Shown: positions 12,638 to 22,045 of the stretch, in pieces | Layout of the letters: the number at the start of each line of letters is the position of its first letter | Numbering within the stretch: position 1 is the stretch's first letter | Source of the DNA: a virus | Length of the DNA stretch: 64,000 nucleotides | IMG/VR virus record: IMGVR_UViG_3300010334_000030 | Location: 32,001 to 96,000 of that record | Strand: one strand, 5' to 3' | The notes under the pieces: generated by a model | The model's input: the letters and a program-made list of their open reading frames with translations, nothing else | Database searches by the model: none | Told to the model about the DNA's origin: nothing | Program-made: the position numbers and the translations under genes

Positions 12638-13177
12638 CTATCTGCTAATTAACACCGAATTTTTTGTAGATCCCTCTTGAACTCTCCAATTTTCACCTAG
12701 ATATGAAATAACTATAGATTTCATATATTCAATATAGGTTCCTTTACCTTGGAAAGAAAGATTTTGTTGGATTTCATCGTAGATTCTACTCACCTTTGGA
12801 TTCAATTCCAAATAATTCAAAATACATTTAGAACAAATTTCCATAAGTCTAGAAACTTCACCGCCTGAAGCTTCGAATTTTTCATCATGCTGATCAGGAA
12901 TCTCCTCTTTGTCAATTGCAAGATCCTCTATAATTTCCGGAGAGATTTGATTTAGAGCTAAAACGCAATATGAATTTTTAGCACCTGTGATCATTTCTTT
13001 ATCTGAATATTTTCCTATGGTTAAATGATATCCCATATGGCCTTTCTCATCTTCGCTCTCTATATTAAAGAAGTAGTGGTAAACATCACTAACTTTTTTT
13101 AGTAAAAATGGCGAAGTTCCAAATCCATCAGATTCATAAAGACCTGAATTGAATTCATTAAATCTTAATATTTTCAT
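12638..13177 (-). CDS. Hypothetical protein, probable internal head protein
   Basis: N-terminus MKILRFNEFNSGLYE resembles a T4 capsid-targeting sequence; 20-nt overlap with upstream gene. Confidence 0.6.
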   Translation of the reverse strand: MKILRFNEFNSGLYESDGFGTSPFLLKKVSDVYHYFFNIESEDEKGHMGYHLTIGKYSDKEMITGAKNSYCVLALNQISPEIIEDLAIDKEEIPDQHDEKFEASGGEVSRLMEICSKCILNYLELNPKVSRIYDEIQQNLSFQGKGTYIEYMKSIVISYLGENWRVQEGSTKNSVLISR

Positions 13178-15242
13178 CCTCTTGTTTATTATTTTTAGAT
13201 TTTTTTAGTGCTCTTCTTTTTGGTTTTTCCCCTTCTGTTAGACTTTCAGCGCTTGGTTTTTTTAATTCATCAGATTCTTTAAGTTCAACATCATTTAATG
13301 CAGTAACGAAAGACTGATAGAAAGATGCAACAGAAGCAGGAACCATTTTTTTAAATCCCAGAAAATCCTCATTTTTCAACTTCTCTCTCACGTCAGTAGA
13401 GGATGCAGATCTTGGAGTTTCTATGATTTTTATTTCTTGTGGGAAATCACTTCCGTGCTTTTTGAGATACTCTTCTTGTTTTTTATAGTCATCAACTCTA
13501 TCATCGCCTGCACCTATAGCTTTTATAATAAATCCATGTTCTTTAGCTGCACCATAAGCAATTCCTAATAATCCTCTGTTTACTATATAAAAACCTTTTA
13601 TTAAACTCTCTTTCTCTCTGACTAAACTCTCCATATATTTTCTAACTAAATCCAAACTAAATGGAGATTTTTTAGACTTACTGTGCCCTGGGTGAACTAC
13701 TGCTATTATACAAGGGAGATTGTTTTTCTCCTTCATAAAGGTAGCCATTTTTAAATGACCATTATGGAAAGGCTGAAATCTTCCAAGAATAACATTTACC
13801 GGTTCAAGCTCTTTCTTTTCCTCTTTATCTTCCTTCTTCTCATCCTTCTTAGAATCTTCAGTGAGTTTAGGTTTTCTTGATGTGTCTATTTTTTCAATAG
13901 CTGAAATAAATTCATTATATGAATAGAATTCTCCATCTTCCTCGTTTTCGACCTCACTAACATCTTCACTCTCGACAGTTAAATAATCTATCTTTCTTCT
14001 TCCCAGACTCTTTTTAAAGTCTAAAAATGAAGGTAAAGAAACAGACTCTGAAACATTCTTCTCTTTCTTTCCTGATATTCTTTTCTCCAACTGAGAAACT
14101 AGAGAATTGAATTGATCCATAATCGATTGTGTGATTATTCCACCTGGTCTCTTTTTTATCTTTCTGAAAGAATTAAGAATCAGCTTAAATAGGGATTCAA
14201 ATGATTCATCAAGATCAACATACTTTAAAACACGTTTGTCTTTGATCATTCCCTTGTTTAACCTAAAGTCATCTCTCTTAAGATACTCCGGTTCTTGGAA
14301 ATCTGCATTTTTATATTTAGAAGAATACTCGTCAAGAAATTTAGAAAAAACATCAGACATAAAAGAAACATATCTTTCGTCTTCAGTTTCACCGTCCATT
14401 GAGAATGAATCTACACCATTCTCTAAGATGAAATTCATAACGTCTAATATAGCTATACCTAAGAAATCACTCGGCTTATCCTCTCTTTTCTTCTTGGCCT
14501 TAGATTTAGCTAGCTCAGTGAAAACCGGATTTACCATCTTAGATAAAACTGGTTCGCCTTCTTCAACATCCTTACCAAATCTAAATACTATACCTTCGAT
14601 AGGTTTTTCTAAATCGTGGTTTAAAGCAGTAGTTTTAAGCTCAGGATTAAGAACCCCAATTATGAATGCAACAAAGCTTCTAGTTTTATATTCATTCACA
14701 AGGTCTTCAAATGGGGTTTGAAGAAAATTCATAATCTGAGATTTTTGATTTTCATCAAGTTCTCCCTGGAAAATTATCGGAGGTCTTTCAACACCAATAA
14801 GATCTGCCCAAGTATCAAGCTTCTCTTTATCTTGTATAGTACCCTGTGCATTTCCACTTAAATCTTTTCTGTGAACATAGGAAAGGATAAGATTGTTTTT
14901 AGGAACCCTATCGTAAACAATTTCAACTGGATTATTACTTGAAAAATACTCTAAGCCAAATCTCCATCCTCTAGGGATCTTTTGAATTACGTGAGGAGGA
15001 AGAGACTCGATATAGTTTATAGGCTTCTCGTAATATTTCATAAGAGTTCTATCAACGAGTGTAATTGGATTTCTTTGATCCCTTTTGTAAAAAAGAAATT
15101 TACCAGTTTCAATATCTCTTTCAAAAATAAATGCAGAACCATCCATCTTCTCATTCACAGTCACGTATGAGTTCAAAAGCTTATCTACGAATTCCTTGCC
15201 CTTCTTGTTATAGAGATCATATAAATGAACGATTCCTGACAT
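13158..15242 (-). CDS. Fusion of an ATP-dependent ligase-type (Rnl2-like) nucleotidyltransferase domain and an HxGH cytidylyltransferase/NMNAT-like domain
   Basis: Motif I VNEKMDGS, III GLEYF, IV PIEGIVFR, V LSKMV; C-terminal ILGRFQPFHNGH...SPFS...GAGDDR...SASSTDVRE. Confidence 0.75.
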   Translation of the reverse strand: MSGIVHLYDLYNKKGKEFVDKLLNSYVTVNEKMDGSAFIFERDIETGKFLFYKRDQRNPITLVDRTLMKYYEKPINYIESLPPHVIQKIPRGWRFGLEYFSSNNPVEIVYDRVPKNNLILSYVHRKDLSGNAQGTIQDKEKLDTWADLIGVERPPIIFQGELDENQKSQIMNFLQTPFEDLVNEYKTRSFVAFIIGVLNPELKTTALNHDLEKPIEGIVFRFGKDVEEGEPVLSKMVNPVFTELAKSKAKKKREDKPSDFLGIAILDVMNFILENGVDSFSMDGETEDERYVSFMSDVFSKFLDEYSSKYKNADFQEPEYLKRDDFRLNKGMIKDKRVLKYVDLDESFESLFKLILNSFRKIKKRPGGIITQSIMDQFNSLVSQLEKRISGKKEKNVSESVSLPSFLDFKKSLGRRKIDYLTVESEDVSEVENEEDGEFYSYNEFISAIEKIDTSRKPKLTEDSKKDEKKEDKEEKKELEPVNVILGRFQPFHNGHLKMATFMKEKNNLPCIIAVVHPGHSKSKKSPFSLDLVRKYMESLVREKESLIKGFYIVNRGLLGIAYGAAKEHGFIIKAIGAGDDRVDDYKKQEEYLKKHGSDFPQEIKIIETPRSASSTDVREKLKNEDFLGFKKMVPASVASFYQSFVTALNDVELKESDELKKPSAESLTEGEKPKRRALKKSKNNKQEDENIKI

Positions 15243-15267
15243 AATTTTATTTTAAAACTTTATTACT

Positions 15268-16197
15268 TTATATTGTATTTATTTCACTCGGAACTGGTAA
15301 TCCAACTCTAGTTAGATATTCCAAAAATTTAGTTTTGATGTGAGGAAGCTGATCTCTCAATTCAAAATTAGGCGATGTGATAATCTTAAACACATCCTCA
15401 AATGTTTTAACGTCATTCTGAGAGTATCCCTGACCTAATGCGAAATCTATAAACTCCTGGGGATTATTAGTTACGAATCTTTCACTACCCGGAATTTTAG
15501 CTGCATTTTTAAGTCTTGCTTTAATCTTTCCTCTGTATGATTTAGTGTGCCAGAATAGTCCATCACTTAAAATCAGTACTGGTGTTTCGTAATCCATAAC
15601 CTGACCTTCATCATCTGTGTTTATAACTTCGGCTCTAGCTGATAATATAGCTGCTAATAACCAGTTACGGTGAGCAGATTTATATTTGCTTTCACCCTTT
15701 TTGTAATCAGGAGAATAGTAGATAAACTTAGACCATGTCATATCTGATAAAGGAATAAGATCTAACTGAACCTCACCTTTACCTGGATCTCCTTCTATTG
15801 GCCAGCCTAAACTAACTATATTAAGTCCTGACATTAATCTGATCTCCGGTTTAAATCCAAGAGATTCCTCTAGCTCAGCATCGAGTATATCAAAAACTCT
15901 CTTAGCACATTCCTTATATCCAATCCCCTCTTTTTGGGAAAACCAATTTCCATTATACCCAATATCAAGGTCACCAGACGTATCGTCTGGATTTTCTTTC
16001 TTCCCTATACTTCCAATAACAACATAATTGGTTCCTTCTGAATTTGGATCTATCTCTAATAGAGGGAATAATATATTTTTAATGTTTTCCATTGTTAAAG
16101 AAAATTCAGCCTCTCTAATTCTTCTTGAGCTTTTTATAGCAGCACCGCCCTCGAAGATTTTAGAGAATCCAGAAAAATTTAAAATCTTACTTTTCAT
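15268..16197 (-). CDS. DNA polymerase-beta-superfamily nucleotidyltransferase
   Basis: IGSIGKK...SGDLDIG (GS plus DxD) and third acidic residue in VQLDLI; CTS-like N-terminus MKSKILNFSGFSKIFE. Confidence 0.7.
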   Translation of the reverse strand: MKSKILNFSGFSKIFEGGAAIKSSRRIREAEFSLTMENIKNILFPLLEIDPNSEGTNYVVIGSIGKKENPDDTSGDLDIGYNGNWFSQKEGIGYKECAKRVFDILDAELEESLGFKPEIRLMSGLNIVSLGWPIEGDPGKGEVQLDLIPLSDMTWSKFIYYSPDYKKGESKYKSAHRNWLLAAILSARAEVINTDDEGQVMDYETPVLILSDGLFWHTKSYRGKIKARLKNAAKIPGSERFVTNNPQEFIDFALGQGYSQNDVKTFEDVFKIITSPNFELRDQLPHIKTKFLEYLTRVGLPVPSEINTI

Positions 16198-16756
16198 AGG
16201 GCCTTAATCTGTCATAATATCTTTCCATAGCTCCACTTAAATAGTCGCTGTAAACTCTTTCGTCTCCATTCTTAGGATTTTCCGGGTCGTATCCCTTGCC
16301 AAAATAACCTTTCCCTTTTAAAACACCAGAGGTGTAGAAATCTTGGGCATCCTTTTGGGTTACATTTTTTCCTTTAATGTTTTTAGCTTCCCAGCTATCT
16401 AAAACATCATCTTTCTTCTGCTCCACTCTATCTTTAGACATCTTAGCAAATGTGTCTTTATTATCCCCAGTTGAGAAGAAATCAGCTACGGCAGCACCAG
16501 CACTGAATATCAATCTACCAAATAAAGAAAAAACATTTTTTGCTATGTTAACAGGATCTTCCCCACTATTTTGATAAGAATCTCCCTTTCTATATTCAAT
16601 GTCACTTCTAAGACCAGATGACATTCCCCTCATCCATCTGCTAAATTTGGTTTTTCCTTTATCAGATGGTGCATATTCTGAAGATCTCCCTCTTGAATAA
16701 TACCTGCTAGATTCACTAATGGATTCAGAAAAAGCCTCGAATTTTTTAATTCTCAT
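16187..16756 (-). CDS. Hypothetical protein, probable internal head protein
   Basis: MRIKKFEAFSESISE N-terminus; first gene after the promoter motif at 16777. Confidence 0.6.
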   Translation of the reverse strand: MRIKKFEAFSESISESSRYYSRGRSSEYAPSDKGKTKFSRWMRGMSSGLRSDIEYRKGDSYQNSGEDPVNIAKNVFSLFGRLIFSAGAAVADFFSTGDNKDTFAKMSKDRVEQKKDDVLDSWEAKNIKGKNVTQKDAQDFYTSGVLKGKGYFGKGYDPENPKNGDERVYSDYLSGAMERYYDRLRPYEK

Positions 16757-16776
16757 TGGGAACTTCTATTTTTCTA

Positions 16777-16784
16777 TATATATC
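16777..16784 (-). promoter_or_regulatory. GATATATA putative late-promoter motif
   Basis: Intergenic, 20 nt upstream of ATG at 16756. Confidence 0.6.
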
Positions 16785-16790
16785 CCCTGG

Positions 16791-18314
16791 CTAGAGTTTA
16801 ACTTTAAAAATTTTATACTCAAACCCCTCTTTTTTGTAAATCTGGAGTCTGACCTCCCCATGTTTAACTAAATAGTTTTGATATTTGCTACTACTGAAGT
16901 CATCTACAAAGTCTATTACGTTAACTTTCTCCTTACCCTCCATCTTTCTCATCCCTCTTCCTAGGCTCTGCTTAATTAGGACCTCGCTCTTATATGATTC
17001 AACCAGAAATATATTATGAATATTGTTAATTGATATACCAGTAGCAAATGTGCCGTATGTGGCTATTAGGATCTTATTACCGCCCGCTGCCATTCGACCC
17101 TTATATTCTTCTCTTAAACTCTCGTCGGTGTCGCCATCCACGTAAAACACCTCTTTATCGCTAGTTTTTTCCCTTATAAGATTCCAGATCTGCTTTCCGT
17201 ACTCATCCTTTACTGATTGGAAGAGAACCAAAGAGTTCTTGGAAGTTTTTGTGATAAAATCAACAACATAATTAAGTCTCTTCTTGCTTTCAATAACAAG
17301 CTTTCTCTCTATGTTGTAAACATCATTCCCCTCAAGGTTGTTGTGATTCGTCTTCAGTTCTGCTAATTTATCTTTGTACTCCTGATCCAACCAATCTAGC
17401 ATCACTATTTTAATTGAAACTGGGGTAGCATAATTATTATCAAAAAGAAAGCTTGGCGGGATCTCGACCATTAAAGGACCTAGAAATTGCTGAATTGTTA
17501 GATAATCGGCGGTTCCCCTTTTTGTTAGGGTTCCAGTAAGTCCATATCTCCACCTAGAGTGCATACAATTAGACATGATCTTCTTAATTGACATTGAATT
17601 GGTGTGATGGGCTTCATCCACAAAAACTGCATCAACCTCTTCAAAAAACTCTGGATCCTGTTTTACTAAAGATTGGAAGGTTCCTATAATTAGGTCACAT
17701 CCTTGTCTAAGCTTATTTCCCCCACCTATCTGTTGGATCTTAACCCCAAGCTTTTCCAACCCATAATCATCAAAGTCTTCCGTTCCCTGAATAACTAGAT
17801 TGTTATTAGGGGCAACCATCATAAACTTACGTATAAGTCCTTTACTTTTAAGATAAGCAAAGATCATAAAGGAGATTAGGGTTTTTCCTGACGATGTAGC
17901 AACTTCAGAAACAGAGTATCTATATTTGATCAATTTCCAGGCTGTCTCTATCTGATAATCACGTGGCTCCATTTTAGAGTCAGAAAAAAATTCATTTACC
18001 CATAGGGTAAAGTCATCAAGGGTTAAATCTTTCAGAATAAGATCATCTAAACCTTCTATCTCTATCTTTATTTTGTAGTCTTCTCCAATTTGCATTAGCT
18101 CTCTCCAAAGACCAATAGGGACTCTCATAAAAGGTCCCTTTTTATCAACAAAGCAAACACTTCCATCCCAAATTTTCTTTTTGACTAGAGGGTGGAAATA
18201 GAAGTTGTGGATCTTCTTCGTCAGCGATATTTCTATTTGTTTCTTCTCGATCTCATCTGGAGATTCTATAAGAACCATCCACTGTTGATCTTCTGAAACT
18301 TGAAATTTAAGCAT
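16791..18314 (-). CDS. uvsW: UvsW-like SF2 DNA helicase
   Basis: PRDYQ, ATSSGKT (Walker A), VDEAH, GLTGT, QSLGRGMR; WDG N-terminal motif as in T4 UvsW. Confidence 0.9.
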   Translation of the reverse strand: MLKFQVSEDQQWMVLIESPDEIEKKQIEISLTKKIHNFYFHPLVKKKIWDGSVCFVDKKGPFMRVPIGLWRELMQIGEDYKIKIEIEGLDDLILKDLTLDDFTLWVNEFFSDSKMEPRDYQIETAWKLIKYRYSVSEVATSSGKTLISFMIFAYLKSKGLIRKFMMVAPNNNLVIQGTEDFDDYGLEKLGVKIQQIGGGNKLRQGCDLIIGTFQSLVKQDPEFFEEVDAVFVDEAHHTNSMSIKKIMSNCMHSRWRYGLTGTLTKRGTADYLTIQQFLGPLMVEIPPSFLFDNNYATPVSIKIVMLDWLDQEYKDKLAELKTNHNNLEGNDVYNIERKLVIESKKRLNYVVDFITKTSKNSLVLFQSVKDEYGKQIWNLIREKTSDKEVFYVDGDTDESLREEYKGRMAAGGNKILIATYGTFATGISINNIHNIFLVESYKSEVLIKQSLGRGMRKMEGKEKVNVIDFVDDFSSSKYQNYLVKHGEVRLQIYKKEGFEYKIFKVKL

Positions 18315-18317
18315 TAA

Positions 18318-19007
18318 TTATTCTTTATTTTTATAAGACCATAAAAATCCACCTGCACTTTTACCCCTTCCGTTTAAAATTTTAGAAATAGAGCAAACCC
18401 CAGTTTTTTCTTGTGCCTCTTTAATTGATTCAAACTCATTAATAAAAGCTCCGGACATATCCATTTGAATAACAGGCTTACTTCTAGATTTTATCATTTT
18501 ATTTATACTATCTTGAGAAAATTTGAATCCAAGGGTTCTTTTGTTACCCTTCATTGATTCATGAATTTTTTTTAAATGTTTTGATTGGTTTTCAGTAAGA
18601 ATACCTTTTTTGGAAAGCCCCAGATTTTTTCTATGCTCCTCCGTAAAGAATCTATTTCCATTTCCCTCCCCACCATTACTAAGATTTCTTAAAGGTCCAT
18701 TTTTTAAATCAAATCTACCTATTGTCACTATCATTTCATTCTCTATGGAAAATGAATCTTTCTCATTAAGATTCTCACTATATTTAATTATTACCGGCTC
18801 CAATCCGCAATCCAGTATTTTTTTAATTATATGATACTTAGGAAGATTCGAATATTTCCCGCGTTTAACTTTCTGTAAATGTATTCTGCTTCTAAAATTC
18901 CTACCCTTCCCTACATAAAAAGGCTCATATTCAAAGATATACTTCCCGTAAGCCCAATTTCCAGGTTTTCTTGGATCTAAATAAACATAAACATAATAAT
19001 TATCCAC
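18318..19007 (-). mobile_element. Free-standing GIY-YIG homing endonuclease with NUMOD3/NUMOD1-like DNA-binding modules
   Basis: YYVYVYLDPR...FYVGKG...E...L.N...GGEG; FTEEHRKNLG; KPVIQMD..G.FINEFESIKEA; GTG start. Confidence 0.8.
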
Positions 19008-19025
19008 TGTATATAATTTTTATAT

Positions 19026-19033
19026 TATATATC
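19026..19033 (-). promoter_or_regulatory. GATATATA putative late-promoter motif
   Basis: 18 nt upstream of the endonuclease start. Confidence 0.55.
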
Positions 19034-19056
19034 TTTTATATGGAATAAAAGTCCGT

Positions 19057-19500
19057 CTATTTAATAGATCCACCTCTTAGATATTCCTCTAATGATATTC
19101 TTTGGCGTATACCATATAGCATATGATCAACCGTCTGCACGGTTTGATCTATGAATTTTCTATGATTCTCAACAAGATCTATTTTTTCAGAAATCTCGGT
19201 TAGATCCCCTTCGATTAAAAGCATCTTTTCGTTCGATCCGTATCTGACATCGCTTTTTTCAGAGTACTCCTTCATCTTCTTTGCCTTGTCAGCATTATAT
19301 TTTGAATTGAGCTTTGCAATTATAGAAGCTAGCTTGTAGCTATATTCTAAAAGAATTTGTCTTTGACTGAAAAGATCTATCTGGGCTTTAGCAACTGTTT
19401 GAATGCTCTTCAGATTTAATGCGATACCTTGGATCTTTTCTTTCCATTCAAGCCTTTCGTCTTCAAATATTTTATTAAAGTCTTTTTTTTCTTCCGACAT
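19057..19500 (-). CDS. uvsY: UvsY-like recombination mediator
   Basis: 147-aa helical protein (LIEGDL...YGIRQRI) next to uvsW, as in T4-like genomes. Confidence 0.6.
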   Translation of the reverse strand: MSEEKKDFNKIFEDERLEWKEKIQGIALNLKSIQTVAKAQIDLFSQRQILLEYSYKLASIIAKLNSKYNADKAKKMKEYSEKSDVRYGSNEKMLLIEGDLTEISEKIDLVENHRKFIDQTVQTVDHMLYGIRQRISLEEYLRGGSIK

Positions 19501-19763
19501 TAGAATAGTTTTGATTTGTTATCTCTTTTCTTCTTACCTATTTCTACCACTTTTGGTTTCTTTTCGATTTCGCCTTTCTTTTTAACTGGATTTGAAACAT
19601 TGGGATCATCAAAAGAAACATCAACACTTCCAAATGATTCCTCTCTGATCTTTACTGGGAATTTAAGTTTAGGACCAGATCTATGATCTAGCTGGGATTC
19701 CCATTCCCCAGTTCTATCCATTCCTGAATTTGGATCGTCAATTAATAAAATATCTAAGGTCAA
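19500..19763 (-). CDS. Hypothetical protein
   Basis: 87 aa, overlaps both neighbours. Confidence 0.5.
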   Translation of the reverse strand: MTLDILLIDDPNSGMDRTGEWESQLDHRSGPKLKFPVKIREESFGSVDVSFDDPNVSNPVKKKGEIEKKPKVVEIGKKKRDNKSKLF

Positions 19764-20802
19764 GTATCTCGTTTGTAAAATAGTTATCGAATCTTTTTAT
19801 CTTTTTGCCAGTAAATCTCAAATGAATTACCAGGTCATTTAAATCCCATTTTCTGTTTTTAGTTATATCATTCTCTTCTAAAAATTTTCCCCAATTAAAA
19901 ACAGTCTCACCCTTTGAAAGAAGATCCATTGATTTTTGGATTCCTGCTTTGTCCCAATCGTACCAATATCTTTTATTGTCTAGGTCAAATGGAAATCTGT
20001 TCTCAAGAGAGCAGAGTCCAGTTGAATTGCCCCACAACCAAGAATCCATAGGGCCTTCAAATATAGTAATAATGCTATTGAAATCTAAAAATCCTATTCC
20101 AAAAACATTTGAGATAGGATCGACCTCTCTAGCTTTCTCTAAAATTTCAGGATTTGTTTGTCTAAGTATTTTCTCATATATTCCACTGAGTTTGTATGTT
20201 AAATATTTAGATCCCCCCTTAACCGATTCCATGTTTCTAACTTGAAGACCAAGAATTTTATTGTCTGGGGTTAGATTAAAAAGGTATAGCTTCTCCCTTT
20301 TAGAATCCCAGGCAAATCTTGAATCTAGAGGCTGACATCTTCTTTGGATATAGTTGGAAATCTTTGAATCCTTTACATCTTGAAGTCCCAAAGTCTTCAT
20401 AAAGAAATCCCTAGGTATAACAATTTCATTTATATCATTCTCAAAGAAAACCCCAATATCAATTTTTCCGTAGATTGGTTTTCTCCTTGCGTGATTTTCC
20501 TCTATTATTTTTCTAATCTCCTCACGCTCCTCTCCACTTAATTTATTTTGGACGTGAAAATCTTTAAAGAAGTTAAGTGAATCTTTGAATATACCACATC
20601 CGCCATTATAACATTTATAAGATAGGGTATCTAAATAAAAGTTCCCCCTTTTCTTCTTAGGATCTTTTACAGAATCCCCACAGTAAGGACAGCAAAAATT
20701 CAGTCTATTACCTCCTTTGTAAACCCTTTGCCTAGCAGGATCTCCAGGGAATTCCTTAGAAAGGACTGAATTAACTAACTCTTCTATTCTAGATAAATCC
20801 AT
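19738..20802 (-). CDS. DNA primase (T4 gp61-like)
   Basis: Zn finger CPYCGDS...YKCYNGGC; TOPRIM IFEGPMDS, YDWDKAG, KWDLND. Confidence 0.85.
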   Translation of the reverse strand: MDLSRIEELVNSVLSKEFPGDPARQRVYKGGNRLNFCCPYCGDSVKDPKKKRGNFYLDTLSYKCYNGGCGIFKDSLNFFKDFHVQNKLSGEEREEIRKIIEENHARRKPIYGKIDIGVFFENDINEIVIPRDFFMKTLGLQDVKDSKISNYIQRRCQPLDSRFAWDSKREKLYLFNLTPDNKILGLQVRNMESVKGGSKYLTYKLSGIYEKILRQTNPEILEKAREVDPISNVFGIGFLDFNSIITIFEGPMDSWLWGNSTGLCSLENRFPFDLDNKRYWYDWDKAGIQKSMDLLSKGETVFNWGKFLEENDITKNRKWDLNDLVIHLRFTGKKIKRFDNYFTNEILDLRYFIN

Positions 20803-20810
20803 AAAAAATT

Positions 20811-20839
20811 AAAAAAGGGACAGTCCTTGGAACTGTCCC
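20811..20839 (-). terminator. Intrinsic terminator downstream of the ssDNA-binding gene
   Basis: GGGACAGT-7 nt-ACTGTCCC hairpin followed by T6 on the minus strand. Confidence 0.75.
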
Positions 20840-20855
20840 ATTAGGTGTTTGTTTA

Positions 20856-21809
20856 TTAAAGATCGCTGTAAAGATCTTCTAATGAAGATAATGAAGAGCC
20901 TTTTGTAGATTCCTCTTTTTTCGGAGCTGATGGTGCTTTAGTGTTGCTTACCACGTCTGAATAAATTTCAGAACTTGGCGAGCTTTCTCTTTTAGCAGGC
21001 TCGCTGTATGAGCTAGAAGAATTTGAAACTGATCCAACTATTTCGTTAACGATTCTAGCTTCTGGAACTGTGTTTCTAATAACACTCATAACCTTTTCGG
21101 TTAATTCATCATCCCAATCTTTATAATCAAAAGATGATAAGTTTTGGGGAGCAGATTTAAGATACTCCAAAATTGTGTTCATGTCATCTTGGGATTTCTT
21201 CATCTGAGTACCGCTGATTTTAATCGGGGTTCTTTCTCCGACGAAAGAGCAAAGATCGTAGTTGTTCCACTCGCCTACTTTTCTAGTATGAACTGCAAAT
21301 TCTCTTCCTTCAAAAAGATCGAAAGGATTACACTTTTCTCCATACTCTGGTTGAAGTTGTGCTTCAATAAGATCGTTCAACTTTTTACCAAATTTGAAGA
21401 TCATAATCTTTCCTTCTAGTTCTGGCTTGTTTTTGTCCTGAACGATTTGAACCAATGAATAGTAATCCTCTTTCCTAGAAAACTGCTTAGCAAGCTCCTG
21501 ATCAGCTGCAGAATGAGAATTCTTAAGCTTCCAGAAAAGATCTTTTAAAATTGACTTCTTACCAACTGTTGAAGGACAGTCAGCAGAAAAACTGTTTCCA
21601 GAAACTGGATCCTTTAAGTAAACGTAGTACTTGTGGATTTTTGATTTAGCCGGATTGATTGGATTTGGAATAAATCTAATTAAAGATTTGTAAACTCCGT
21701 CCTTTCCGTCTTCTGGATAAGGTTTGTAAAATTCTAAATCTCCTGATTTGTTTGATGCGCTCTTAGTTACTAAAGAGTCTGCGTCGAGGTTGAAAATGTC
21801 TAAACTCAT
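20856..21809 (-). CDS. Single-stranded DNA-binding protein (T4 gp32-like)
   Basis: LIRFIP, CPSTVG, GKIMIFKFGKK, NPFDLFEG, NYD, acidic tail SLEDLYSDL; likely start MSLDIFNL at 21809. Confidence 0.85.
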   Translation of the reverse strand: MSLDIFNLDADSLVTKSASNKSGDLEFYKPYPEDGKDGVYKSLIRFIPNPINPAKSKIHKYYVYLKDPVSGNSFSADCPSTVGKKSILKDLFWKLKNSHSAADQELAKQFSRKEDYYSLVQIVQDKNKPELEGKIMIFKFGKKLNDLIEAQLQPEYGEKCNPFDLFEGREFAVHTRKVGEWNNYDLCSFVGERTPIKISGTQMKKSQDDMNTILEYLKSAPQNLSSFDYKDWDDELTEKVMSVIRNTVPEARIVNEIVGSVSNSSSSYSEPAKRESSPSSEIYSDVVSNTKAPSAPKKEESTKGSSLSSLEDLYSDL

Positions 21810-22045
21810 AAAATTTACTTTTGTTTTTTTACTTTTTGTTTTACTTTTGTTTCCTTTATTATTTACTAAGTTATATTTTTGTTCAATCAATGTGTTCTAA
21901 ACTCTTGGACATAGCACAGGAATTGCAACTTACCCTTTTGGATATTTCTTTTTTGCAAAAAGACGTTGAGAATACTGATGATTCGATTTCCTCCGTAGAT
22001 CTGGGATGATCTTGATTGTTAGTGCGGGATTGGGTAGAGGAGGTG

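Noticed and set aside
14131-14721. 196-aa plus-strand ORF
   Set aside because: Antisense to the ligase domain, with the Ser/Leu/Phe-rich composition typical of shadow ORFs
18318-19007. Group I intron around the homing endonuclease
   Set aside because: Flanking genes look intact and the gaps are too short (3 and 49 nt) for a ribozyme core
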